Part shown: positions 56,601 to 64,000 of the stretch, piece by piece
Numbering within the stretch: the stretch's first letter is position 1
Layout of the letters: each line of letters begins with the position of its first letter
Assembly (NCBI GenBank): GCA_041650835.1
Contig: JBAZKL010000006.1
Coordinates: 1,449-65,448, forward strand
Source: Candidatus Omnitrophota bacterium
GTDB lineage: Bacteria > Omnitrophota > Gorgyraeia > Gygaellales > Profunditerraquicolaceae
Length of the DNA stretch: 64,000 nucleotides
Reading direction: 5' to 3'
Translations under genes and position numbers: made by a program
The notes under the pieces: generated by a model
Told to the model about the DNA's origin: nothing
Databases searched by the model: none
What the model saw: only the letters and a program-made list of their open reading frames with translations

Positions 56601-57094
56601 CAAACGGTTTTAAAGGTCACGCTATATTTAACCGTCAAATTGCTCCCTGAACCAGCCTTTCTGGAATTGGCGCAATTAAGCGTAACCTTGGAATTTGAGA
56701 TCGTATTCGGCGAGCCGGGAGCATATCCGCCCAACCATGTTGTATTAGCATCATCTCGCAAATACAATAAGTTGGTGATTTGATTATAATAAATACACGC
56801 GGAATTTGTAAGAGTTGCTGAAGTAGTGCCGATCAAAAGGTAGGCTTCTCTGATAGTTGCCCATCCGGAAGCATCGCTATAAACACAGGTAAAAGTTTTT
56901 GCTATGTTTGGCGCTGATGCACCGCTTGAAGGAGAGATCGAAACATTGAAAGGCGTGGCAGCGAACGCGCTGGCTAAAAAAAGCCCCCAAACAAGGCCTA
57001 AGCCCATCAGGGCTGTTTTCTTCTGGAAGATCATTTTATGCAGTTTGGTCATAGACTTCTTTGTCTTAAACCGTGGATAATTGGAAGGTGCCAC
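53687..57094 (-). CDS. Secreted protein with 3-4 tandem ~130-aa repeats of an unrecognised domain, a putative Ig-like segment, and a C-terminal SpvB/TcB-N-terminal-like domain
   Basis: Signal peptide after a short N-terminal extension. Repeats share ...Y.NQ.TN.LYLR......W.GGYAPGS......S.AKL.C..... From ~aa 870, IPLPDMFTGAFGHAIPITVPPGRKGLQPGLALSYRSSNANSWVGLGYSLNPGYIVRSTKLGPPTY matches the SpvB N-terminal motif. The following YTGNDAGVTPTNSVEFFLESREDIPSSYLSGAKVATAKRLKEIQV matches the TcB region preceding the propeller. Confidence 0.8.
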   Translation of the reverse strand: MAPSNYPRFKTKKSMTKLHKMIFQKKTALMGLGLVWGLFLASAFAATPFNVSISPSSGASAPNIAKTFTCVYSDASGWATIREAYLLIGTTSATLTNSACIYYNQITNLLYLRDDANTTWLGGYAPGSPNTISNSKVTLNCANSRKAGSGSNLTVKYSVTFKTVCLGNKYNAYLYVNEQSGISVGWTLKGTCTVTYIPVTGLITPAAGTGTVETAQTFTASFSDADGCVNIDFVYFLINTTSSGLNCPSFYYNQTTNKLYVRNDDNTAWIGGYAPGASNIIENSFAKLNCALTSVTRSGVNFSVTWSIVVKKPFTGVKNTYTCVYDTLGASSGYVKKGTWTIANSSPQIGTISPVSGSSIINNSVNFSSSFIDPDGWQNINSAYFLSNTSTSLTNCFYIHYNQNTNKLYLRNTSNSIWSGGYAPGSSKVLENSYAKLDCSKTTASGSGNTLSINWNVIFKTASGGAKNLYLSAQDDAGATLSLVHKGTWTIYTDITPPAGTIKINNDDQYTRFTAVTLSLSAQDNSGGSGISQMQFSNDNSAWSAAEPYAVSKSWALPAGEGTKTVYVRYKDAAGNWSSCFSDTILLDTTPPAISINSVLSPANSSVTLSYALTDNFTPPSQITVAGDDSPYVIEKAHAATLTAEDKAGNKSTQTINFTIDKTAPVIKITSPQEGSVAEEAQILLTGTVDGAAFSETRSLLQEGGNVLTKTSRDAAGNLASSSVTVYLYLGKAIGPAGGEVSSADGKIKIIIPEGALTETKQIKVLNVSKEILEQSAPDNSSLLSAVECKPYGLVFYKPVRLIYTLYQAEIPGTRVELGLYDAVQGKILPQGQVSIVPTDGYTLNFSLFHFSTYAALKNLTSQGTPIGGGVNIPLPDMFTGAFGHAIPITVPPGRKGLQPGLALSYRSSNANSWVGLGYSLNPGYIVRSTKLGPPTYIDNQDSFYLVTDSGTTELIWLIDNLYQAKIESGFAKYFKETDDSWRVVGKDGSVLRFGQSQDAKEGASAGTFSWHVTKASDTNGNYIEFNYSKDQGKIYLSRIDYTGNDAGVTPTNSVEFFLESREDIPSSYLSGAKVATAKRLKEIQVKVDSELVWRYELEYSYSQDTNRSLLSSVTQSGSDGKTMPAQRFSYQKAK

Positions 57095-57295
57095 ATAACT
57101 CGTTATTTTTCAAGGACTTTTTTTCCTGCAGAAATTCTATCGTCGAGAAAATCGGGGGAAAAAATTTTAAAAAAGGCTTGATTTTTCAGGATAACAGTGC
57201 TTTTTAATCAACATGGATATGCTGATAATGAACTATAATAATTCATATAAATATTGGTTATTTTTCAATTGGATCACCTGTTATTTAGGAAAAAT

Positions 57296-57330
57296 TAAGA
57301 AAAAAATAGGACGCGTTGAAACGCGCCCTA
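57296..57330 (-). terminator. Intrinsic terminator of the rubrerythrin gene
   Basis: Minus-strand hairpin gggcgcg tttcaa cgcgtcc followed by tattttttt (plus-strand A-run 57296-57306). Confidence 0.55.
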
Positions 57331-57412
57331 CTGTGGTAATACTATTGTTAAATTTTAAGACATGGCCTTTTCTGTAATCAAAGATCACAACTCAAGACCA
57401 GGACTTATTGAA

Positions 57413-57991
57413 TTAGTAATTCTCCGCTAACTGCTCGTAGAACGATTGCGGATGTTTGCAGGCGGGACATTCCTTAGGAGCGTCCTTACCTTCAAAGACA
57501 AAGCCGCAATTAATGCAGTGCCATTTAACAGGAGCTTTTTTCTGGAAAACCTCCTTATTGGCGATATTATTAATGAACTTGCGGTAACGAGCCTCATGGA
57601 ATTTCTCGACCTTTGAGATCTGTTCAAATGACTTCGCCACATCCTCAAAACCCTCATCATGCGCGGTCTTGGCAAAATCAGCGTAAAGCGTGGTCCATTC
57701 CATGTTCTCACCGGCTGCCGCGGCTTCAAGATTGCTTTTAGTATCCTTGATCATCCCTGCCGGATAGGACGCGGTGATCTCAACGTCGCCTCCTTCAAGA
57801 TATTTAAAGAATACCTTGGCATGCTCTTTTTCATTTTCCGCGGTTTCAACGAAAATATTAGCTATCTGCTCCATGCCTTCTTTTCTTGCTGCCGAGGCGA
57901 AATAGGTGTACCTGTTACGCGCCTGCGATTCACCGGCGAATGCCGCGAGCAAATTTCTCTCAGTTTTAGTCCCTTTTATTGATTTAGCCAT
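57413..57991 (-). CDS. rbr: Rubrerythrin (diiron ferritin-like domain + C-terminal rubredoxin-like CxxC...CxxC)
   Basis: ERNLLAAFAGESQARNRYTYFA...ENEKEHAKVF ferritin-like E/ExxH motifs. C-terminus CINCGFVFEG...CPACKHP. Confidence 0.95.
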   Translation of the reverse strand: MAKSIKGTKTERNLLAAFAGESQARNRYTYFASAARKEGMEQIANIFVETAENEKEHAKVFFKYLEGGDVEITASYPAGMIKDTKSNLEAAAAGENMEWTTLYADFAKTAHDEGFEDVAKSFEQISKVEKFHEARYRKFINNIANKEVFQKKAPVKWHCINCGFVFEGKDAPKECPACKHPQSFYEQLAENY

Positions 57992-58007
57992 TCTCCCCCC
58001 TTTTTTC

Positions 58008-58133
58008 TTAATCTTCCATTTTTATCATTTCTTTCCCGCAACAAACTAAAGTCCCGCCTCCGACCCTGGTAACGATCACTTCATTGCCGCAAACACTACA
58101 ATGGAACTTTTCACCGTTCTTTTTAACAGCCAT
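58008..58133 (-). CDS. Desulforedoxin-like small protein (41 aa), not in the ORF track
   Basis: Translating the minus strand gives MAVKKNGEKFHCSVCGNEVIVTRVGGGTLVCCGKEMIKMED. The CxxC...CC spacing and GGGTLVCCG block match the desulforedoxin / desulfoferrodoxin N-terminal domain. GGAGG lies 6 nt upstream of the ATG. Stop is 17 nt before the rbr start. Confidence 0.7.
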   Translation of the reverse strand: MAVKKNGEKFHCSVCGNEVIVTRVGGGTLVCCGKEMIKMED

Positions 58134-58270
58134 AGCATCCCCTCCTTGTTCATTCATTTTAAAACATTACATTAAGAAGTATAAAGGTTAAATTCTAAAG
58201 AACAAAGAAAATTAAAAGTTTAAAGGTCAAATTTTAAATTTAAACTTAATCCTTGAGACTTCCTTTGTTA

Positions 58271-58300
58271 TTTACCTGCCTGCCGGTAGGCAGGGCCTTT
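58271..58300 (-). terminator. Weak hairpin downstream of the hypothetical gene 58353-59003
   Basis: Stem cctgcc / ggcagg with loop ggta at 58275-58294. Only a modest T-rich tail. Confidence 0.3.
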
Positions 58301-58352
58301 AGACTTTAACATTACCGTTATAGCCCCCCAAACGATCTTTTAACAAAGAACC

Positions 58353-59003
58353 TCAAACAACCTCCAGCTCAAGCTGTTTGATCAATTCATTGGCTTCTTT
58401 CAAAAGCGGCGCCGACAACATTTTCGCGCTCTCCAGCTCTTCCTTAAGCGACCTTAAGGTGGTTAAAAAGCGCTTGATCGTTGTCGTCCTGCGCTGTTCA
58501 CGGGCCTCTTCAGGCGCTAATTCGTTACGCTGGCGTATCATCGCCGTCAGGTCTTTCTTGACCTCGCCTGCGTCTTTGCCTTTTTGAAAGACATTTTTTT
58601 TCAAATCTGCGTAATCGCCGTCATCAAGCACTTTTTTTTCTTTTGCCATCCGCAGGACATTGATCGTGTCGTAGCCGGGCATGGCGGCCGCCTCCGTCGT
58701 CTCAGCGTAATCTTTCTTCAAATACGCCGGCTCTTCCTTCTCAAGGAAATAGTATGAACGCAGGAGCTTCATCGCGGTATCTTTCTTAACGCCTATTTCC
58801 TTGGCAGTATAAATATCAAACGTGCTATACCCCCACTGCTTATATAATTTATCTTTCCAAACGCAATACAACGCCTGGCCCAAATCGACCCAGGAGGTCT
58901 TAAAGCTTTTCACGTTCTCCAATATCCGGTGCCGCAAAGGGTCTTTCTCTGTCTCTTCCATCTTATGTTCAAGGTCTTCCATTGATCTTGTTTTTAACGT
59001 CAT
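58353..59003 (-). CDS. Hypothetical protein, largely helical/coiled-coil
   Basis: 216-aa ORF, same orientation as its neighbours, charged helical composition. No motif recognised. Confidence 0.65.
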   Translation of the reverse strand: MTLKTRSMEDLEHKMEETEKDPLRHRILENVKSFKTSWVDLGQALYCVWKDKLYKQWGYSTFDIYTAKEIGVKKDTAMKLLRSYYFLEKEEPAYLKKDYAETTEAAAMPGYDTINVLRMAKEKKVLDDGDYADLKKNVFQKGKDAGEVKKDLTAMIRQRNELAPEEAREQRRTTTIKRFLTTLRSLKEELESAKMLSAPLLKEANELIKQLELEVV

Positions 59004-59033
59004 GCCATTACCTTTCTTTTTGAATATATACGA

Positions 59034-59837
59034 TTAAGGCAAACCTCTTATAAATTCAGCTAACTCCTTCAGATATATATTTTTAGATTCCAGGAACGCG
59101 TCATTGTGGCCCCCGGACAGTTCAACAAATCTCCTGCTGCCGGAGGAAGCATTATATAATTTCTCACCTAAAGCAAAAGGCGCGACCTCATCATCCCTGC
59201 TATGGAAGAACAACACAGGCGATGAGACTTTCACGATCTTACGCATCGAATCAAACTTGTTCCGAAAAAGAAATGACGGCAGTTTCGGATAGATGATCTT
59301 TGCCATATCAACCGCGTTGCTGAAGGCACCTTCCACAATAATTCCCGCGGGACGGCGCTTCAATGCCAGCTCCAATGCCGCTACCGACCCCAACGATTCC
59401 CCGTAAACAATGATCCTGCTTTCTTTTACCTGCCGAGAGATCATCAAGTATTCATAGGCGGCTTGAGCATCAAGATAAAGCCCTTTTTCCGACGGCTTCC
59501 CCTCACTTAACCCATACCCCCGGTAATCAAAAATAAAAACAGACTCACCCAACCCATGCAAGAGCTTGATCTTATCCAACCGGTCGCCTATATTACCGCC
59601 ATTGCCATGACAAAGTAAGATCGTATTTCTCGCGTTATCTGCCGGTACAAACCAGGCGTTAAGTATCAAGCCGTCTCTGGTCTTAAAGCTAACGTCTTCA
59701 TACGCCAAACCGATCACGGAAGGGCTGGCGAGTATCTCTTTTTCAGGGAAATAAACGCTTCGGTCTTCCAGGTATTTCACGAACACCGATAGGATGATAA
59801 TTACAATTACGGTGTAAACAATAAAGCGTATTATCAT
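59034..59837 (-). CDS. Alpha/beta-fold hydrolase with N-terminal TM anchor
   Basis: Nucleophile elbow GESLGS (GxSxG). Upstream HGNGGN oxyanion region. C-terminal HSRDDEV...GGHND acid/His. 267 aa. Confidence 0.85.
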   Translation of the reverse strand: MIIRFIVYTVIVIIILSVFVKYLEDRSVYFPEKEILASPSVIGLAYEDVSFKTRDGLILNAWFVPADNARNTILLCHGNGGNIGDRLDKIKLLHGLGESVFIFDYRGYGLSEGKPSEKGLYLDAQAAYEYLMISRQVKESRIIVYGESLGSVAALELALKRRPAGIIVEGAFSNAVDMAKIIYPKLPSFLFRNKFDSMRKIVKVSSPVLFFHSRDDEVAPFALGEKLYNASSGSRRFVELSGGHNDAFLESKNIYLKELAEFIRGLP

Positions 59838-59868
59838 ATGGAAAATTCCCCGATAGAAAACGGTAAGT

Positions 59869-62800
59869 TTATTCTTCTTCGCTTTTCGAGTTACTCTTTT
59901 CCGCGAGGATCTTTTGCGCTATTTCAGCGGGGACTTGGTCGTATTTCTCAAAACGCATCGAGGCGTTCGCCCGGCCGCTGCTTAAGGAACGAAAAGCCGT
60001 GGCATAGCCGAACATCTCAGCCAAAGGCGCTTCCGCGGTAATTATCTTACGGTTCCCCTTGGTTTCCATATTCAGTATCTTTCCCCGGCGGGAACAGATA
60101 TTGCCCACGATACTATTCACGAATTCTTCAGGGGTTGAAACCTCAACCGCCATGCACGGCTCAAGCAGCACAGGCTCTGCCCCCATAAAAACGCTCTTAA
60201 AGCAGCCCCGCGCGGCAAGCTTAAATGCCAGCTCCGAAGAATCAACATCATGATACGACCCGTCAGTCAGGTCAACTTTAACATCAACCACCGGATAACC
60301 GGCATAGGGGCCTTTTTTCATGGTCTCGATCACGCCCTTTTCAACCGCGGGAATAAATGATTTCGGGATAGACCCGCCCTTAATACTATTGATGAACTCA
60401 AAGCCCGCGCCCGGTTCGTTAGGGGAGATCGTAAACGCCACATGGCCGTACTGCCCGCGGCCGCCTGACTGCTTGATATGCTTATACTCGTCGCTGGAGG
60501 TGCCCGTGATAGTTTCACGGTAGGCGACTTTCGGCTGTCCGACGATAACATCAACATCAAACTCGTGCTTCAAGCGGTCAACAATGATCTCTAAATGCAA
60601 TTCTCCCATCCCGGTAAGGATAGTTTCTTTGGTTTCCTCATCAGACTGCACGATAAAAGTCGGGTCCTCTTCGGTCAATTTTGCCAATCCCTTGCCGAGT
60701 TTATCCTGGTCAGCGCGGCTTTTCGGGGTAATGCTCAACGACACAACCGGAACCGGGAACTCTATAGCTTCTAAAAGTATCCGGTCATCCGGATAACATA
60801 ACGTATCCCCGGTGATGGTCGAGGTCAGGCCGATAGCCGCTACAATATCGCCGGCAAACGCGTAATCGACGTTTTCCCGCTGATTGGCATGCATGCGCAC
60901 GATCCTTCCAATACGTTCTTTTTTATTCTTTGTGGCATTAAGGACATATGTCCCGGTCTCCAGGACTCCCGAATAGATCCGCAAATAAACCAGCTTGCCC
61001 ATATGAGGGTCTGCCTGCACTTTAAAGGCAAGCGCGGTAAAAGGCTGCCGATAATTAGCCAGGCGGGTAAGCACTTTTTTCTCATCTTGAGGGTCGTGCC
61101 CATTGATCGCCGGCAAATCATCAGGCGAAGGCAAATACAGATTGACCGTATCAAGCAGCTTCTGCACGCCTTTATTCTTATAGGCGGAGCCGCAAAGCAC
61201 AGGCACCATTTTATTGGTAATAGTGCCGCGGCGGATCACCGTATGCAATTCCTCTTCGGTAATTGACGCCTCTGACTCCAAATATTTCTTGGTAAGCAGT
61301 TCATCGAACGCCGCTACTTTTTCCACAAGCCGGTGGCGGTACTGCTCGGCTTTTTCCAGGTAGTCTTCAGGGATACCTTCAACGGTATACTCTTTGCCTT
61401 GAGAATCTTCTTCATATATATACGCTTTCATTTCGATCAGGTCAACGACTCCCCGGAAGGTATCCTCATTTCCGATGGGAATGACCAGGGGGATAACATT
61501 CCCGCCCAGCTCCGTCTCAATACTCTTAACGATGCCGTAGAAATCAGCTCCCACGCGGTCCATTTTATTGATAAAAGCTATCTTCGGGACGTTATACTTA
61601 TCAGACTGATGCCATACCGTCTCCGACTGCGGCTCCACCCCGCCAACCGCGCAAAAAACCGCGATCGCCCCGTCAAGCACCCTGAGGCTTCGCTCTACTT
61701 CAACGGTAAAATCAACGTGGCCGGGAGTATCGATAATAGTGATCCGGTTATCTTTCCAGAAACAGGTCGTTGCCGCGGCAGTAATGGTAATGCCGCGTTC
61801 CTGCTCCTGCTTCATCCAATCCATCTGGGCTTTACCTTCATGGACTTCCCCGATCTTATGCGTGCGCCCGGTATAAAAAAGAATGCGTTCAGTCAAAGTA
61901 GTTTTACCGGCGTCGATATGCGCCATGATGCCTATATTACGGATATTCCTTAGGTCTATCTTAGGCACAGCCGCCGCTTCAGCCTTAGGCTTGACCACCT
62001 GTTCTTCACGCGTCTCTTCAACAACTTCCGGTTCTTCCGCGGTATCAGCAGGAAGCGAAGCTTCCGGGATATCCAGCGGCGCCGGTACATCTAAGGAAAC
62101 AGCTTCTGGTTCAGGGACAGGCACTTCTTGAGGAGGTTGGGTATCAACCGGTTGCTCAACTGAAACTTCTTGCTGCGGCAATGGTTCAGGTAGCGCACCT
62201 AACGGCTCTTCTTTACTTTCTGAAGGAAGAGCTGCCTGCTCAGTTGAGGCTTCGCCTTGAAGCGGGATGTCAGCCGAGGGAGCCTCACCCAACAGCTTTT
62301 CTTCCGAAGGAGCAAGACCGGCATCAAATTCCGCGGGTACTTCAAACTGCTTTCGTTCAGCTAACTGTCGCTTGAGCTGCACCAGCTCTTCAACGAGCGC
62401 GCGGAGCTTCTCTTCTTTAGCCTCTAATTCTTTTTCCAACGCGGAGAATTCTTCGTTGAGCTTATTAAAATCTGTTTTAGGGACCCACTCGTTAACTTGC
62501 TCTTTCTTCTTATACTCGGCGACCTTTATCGAAGCCGCCTTTACTTCCAGCTCATAGCCTTCGACCAAATGCCTGTATTTTTCTATCTGTTCGGCATGCT
62601 CCTTAAGCTGTTTTTCCTGAGTCAAGGTTTTCTCGGTAAGCTCCCTGACCTGCTTATTCAGATCGACGGACTTAGCGAATTCTTCCTGCAGCTCTTTTTC
62701 TTTCTCATTGAATTTATTCTTTACCTCAAAGGCCTCTTCCTTGGCCTTATTGAGCATCTCTTCGCTCTTAGCGACCCAATCCTGCCGGCGCGCCAATTCT

Positions 62801-63075
62801 GTTTTAAATTCTGATTCTTTTTTCTTTATCGCCTCCAACTCAACGCGCGCGGCCTCAAGTTCGGCTTTCACCGAATCATTCTCTTTTTCTAGAATGGCGG
62901 TTTGTGTTTCCAGGCGCTGTATCTTTTGTTCCCGGTCAAGCGTTTCCTGCTCCCGGGCAGTCTTGCCTCCTTTGGGTTGACGAGGCGAAGCCCCTTGAGA
63001 ATCTTCAGGAGAGACCAGCGCGAAGACGACCAGGCCGATCCCCACGACCAACATTCCCCCGAGCAATAAGATCAT
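59869..63075 (-). CDS. Elongation factor G paralog fused to an N-terminal transmembrane helix, ~240-aa coiled coil and Pro/Glu-rich linker
   Basis: C-terminal ~695 aa are canonical EF-G: G1 [10 protein letters not shown]3 DTPGHVDF, G4 NKMD, domains II-V. N-terminal aa 1-22 hydrophobic ([21 protein letters not shown]). aa 40-280 K/E-rich heptads. aa 280-365 EPxxP acidic linker. All in one uninterrupted frame. Confidence 0.85.
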   Translation of the reverse strand: MILLLGGMLVVGIGLVVFALVSPEDSQGASPRQPKGGKTAREQETLDREQKIQRLETQTAILEKENDSVKAELEAARVELEAIKKKESEFKTELARRQDWVAKSEEMLNKAKEEAFEVKNKFNEKEKELQEEFAKSVDLNKQVRELTEKTLTQEKQLKEHAEQIEKYRHLVEGYELEVKAASIKVAEYKKKEQVNEWVPKTDFNKLNEEFSALEKELEAKEEKLRALVEELVQLKRQLAERKQFEVPAEFDAGLAPSEEKLLGEAPSADIPLQGEASTEQAALPSESKEEPLGALPEPLPQQEVSVEQPVDTQPPQEVPVPEPEAVSLDVPAPLDIPEASLPADTAEEPEVVEETREEQVVKPKAEAAAVPKIDLRNIRNIGIMAHIDAGKTTLTERILFYTGRTHKIGEVHEGKAQMDWMKQEQERGITITAAATTCFWKDNRITIIDTPGHVDFTVEVERSLRVLDGAIAVFCAVGGVEPQSETVWHQSDKYNVPKIAFINKMDRVGADFYGIVKSIETELGGNVIPLVIPIGNEDTFRGVVDLIEMKAYIYEEDSQGKEYTVEGIPEDYLEKAEQYRHRLVEKVAAFDELLTKKYLESEASITEEELHTVIRRGTITNKMVPVLCGSAYKNKGVQKLLDTVNLYLPSPDDLPAINGHDPQDEKKVLTRLANYRQPFTALAFKVQADPHMGKLVYLRIYSGVLETGTYVLNATKNKKERIGRIVRMHANQRENVDYAFAGDIVAAIGLTSTITGDTLCYPDDRILLEAIEFPVPVVSLSITPKSRADQDKLGKGLAKLTEEDPTFIVQSDEETKETILTGMGELHLEIIVDRLKHEFDVDVIVGQPKVAYRETITGTSSDEYKHIKQSGGRGQYGHVAFTISPNEPGAGFEFINSIKGGSIPKSFIPAVEKGVIETMKKGPYAGYPVVDVKVDLTDGSYHDVDSSELAFKLAARGCFKSVFMGAEPVLLEPCMAVEVSTPEEFVNSIVGNICSRRGKILNMETKGNRKIITAEAPLAEMFGYATAFRSLSSGRANASMRFEKYDQVPAEIAQKILAEKSNSKSEEE

Positions 63076-63132
63076 ATCCGCTCCTCATAGGTAAGAGTAA
63101 AACTAAGCTTTTAAATTTTATAAATACTAAAA

Positions 63133-63160
63133 TATTATATCAGAAAGTATGATTTTGGTA
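63133..63160 (-). promoter_or_regulatory. Candidate sigma70 promoter TTACCA-N16-TATAAT upstream of the EF-G paralog
   Basis: Minus strand TTACCA (plus 63155-63160), 16-nt spacer, TATAAT (plus 63133-63138). GAGGAG Shine-Dalgarno 5 nt before the ATG at 63075. Confidence 0.35.
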
Positions 63161-63167
63161 AGTATTT

Positions 63168-63545
63168 TTATTGCCAGAATTTATGATGGACCATAAAGCA
63201 GGCATTATGGTTGACCGTCAAGCCGTATTTACGGGCTTTTTGTATTGCGGCGTCTGACTCAGAACCGGGCTGCATCCAGATCTCACGCACCCCCATTTGG
63301 ACGCATTCATCAACGATCCGTTCAGTGACTCCCGGAGGGACAACGGTGATAACGATATCGGGGACGCGGGGAAGGTCGCGCAAACTCTTATACAATTTCC
63401 TTCCTGACACCTCACCGCCGGAAGGATTGGTCCCCTGGACGTTTAAACCGTGTTTCAAGAGGTCACGGAAGATCTTCGAGCCGATCTTCTCCGGGTGGCT
63501 GGATACTCCCGCCACGGCAATTTCTTTGGAATGTAGATTTTTCAT
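63168..63545 (-). CDS. CoA-binding domain protein (YccU/YneT-like)
   Basis: 125 aa. IAVAGVS...KIG Rossmann-like start. PDIVITVVPP and REIWMQPGSES blocks typical of the CoA_binding_2 family. Confidence 0.8.
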   Translation of the reverse strand: MKNLHSKEIAVAGVSSHPEKIGSKIFRDLLKHGLNVQGTNPSGGEVSGRKLYKSLRDLPRVPDIVITVVPPGVTERIVDECVQMGVREIWMQPGSESDAAIQKARKYGLTVNHNACFMVHHKFWQ

Positions 63546-63603
63546 CAGAAAAACAAAAGAGGCATTTGAGCTACCCCAAAACGCCTCTTTCGCCTACCGG
63601 TAA

Positions 63604-64000
63604 TTATTTCCTTTGAGAAAGCTCAAAATCAAGCATCATAAGGCCGTTGCTTGAATCTTTGACCATTTTTAATTTCTCGAGTATCTGTTGAGCGTGGGCT
63701 TCTTCTTCGACCTGCTCGGTAATAAACCAGTCAAGCATCGTTTCAGTCGCGGAATCGTTTTCCTGGCGCGCCGTTTTAAGCACATCGTTGATATACCCGG
63801 TCACCTTGACTTCATGGGAGTATATTTGAGAAAACGCATCAAGGGCTGATTTCCACTGCGAAGGAGGTGCCTCGATCGCGCTTAAAATGACCCTTCCCCC
63901 CCGGTCAAAGAGATAACCATAAAATTTCATGGCATGGCCGTCTTCTTCCTTTGCCTGAAGGCGCACCCAGTGGGCAAACCCCCTGAGATTGACCGATTCA
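63604..64000 (-). CDS. Ferritin (3' portion; N-terminus lies beyond the window end)
   Basis: The frame stays open to the window edge: VNLRGFAHWVRLQAKEEDGHAMKFYGYLFDRGGRVILSAIEAP...DWFITEQVEEEAHAQQ matches ferritin helices B-D, including the ExxH site. Confidence 0.75.
   Translation of the reverse strand, partial: ESVNLRGFAHWVRLQAKEEDGHAMKFYGYLFDRGGRVILSAIEAPPSQWKSALDAFSQIYSHEVKVTGYINDVLKTARQENDSATETMLDWFITEQVEEEAHAQQILEKLKMVKDSSNGLMMLDFELSQRK

Noticed and set aside
53687-57094. A full Tc toxin (TcA+TcB+TcC) locus
   Set aside because: The gene upstream of the SpvB-domain protein is rubrerythrin on the same strand. There is no ~2500-aa TcA-like ORF anywhere in the window.

Overview
This 64 kb window is gene-dense and almost all genes are on the minus strand. 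Rubrerythrin, a desulforedoxin sORF, ferritin, an H+-pyrophosphatase and several cobalamin-dependent radical SAM enzymes suggest an anaerobic bacterium of moderate GC; the last two are weak lifestyle indicators. I found no rRNA, tRNA, CRISPR, transposase or integrase genes. The window divides into five parts.

(1) Bases 188-3717 hold an operon for an ECF sigma factor, a zf-HC2 anti-sigma factor and a membrane protein with an N-terminal CHAT (caspase-like) domain and C-terminal TPR repeats.

(2) Bases 4005-30210 hold a ~26 kb surface-glycan locus. It encodes a WecA/MraY-like initiating transferase, one GT1, five GT2 domains (four standalone GT2 genes plus the GT2-rSAM fusion), a UDP-galactopyranose-mutase-like flavoenzyme, a Wzm/Wzt-type ABC exporter, an O-antigen-ligase-like protein and a Dpm1-like polyprenol-P glycosyltransferase. 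Embedded in it are CysD/CysN sulfate-activation genes next to two membrane-anchored alkaline-phosphatase-superfamily enzymes. It also contains six radical SAM enzymes (three B12-binding, three SPASM/twitch type), one of them fused to a GT2; a seventh B12-rSAM lies at 33325-34620. This radical-SAM-saturated, probably sulfated glycan pathway is my lead candidate for an undescribed system.

(3) Bases 30356-45505 hold housekeeping and signalling genes. These are H+-PPase, a GroES-like protein, CspA, an SGNH hydrolase split by a TPR array, a Met/His-rich periplasmic protein, and a response-regulator/methyltransferase/7TM-histidine-kinase operon.

(4) Bases 46105-57094 hold a Tc/Rhs-type polymorphic toxin module split across four translationally coupled genes. 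The first is a secreted protein with novel ~130-aa tandem repeats and a C-terminal SpvB/TcB-N-like domain. The second is a phage tail-collar (MdpB-like) protein. The third is a 2047-aa Ig-like/FG-GAP/RHS protein ending in an unrecognised glycine-zipper C-terminal toxin domain. The fourth is a small AT-rich putative immunity gene. Downstream lies a 520-bp noncoding stretch with 58-bp direct repeats.

(5) Bases 57413-64000 hold a redox and iron cluster (rubrerythrin, an unlisted 41-aa desulforedoxin, ferritin), an alpha/beta hydrolase, a CoA-binding protein, and an EF-G carrying an unusual ~370-aa N-terminal transmembrane plus coiled-coil extension.
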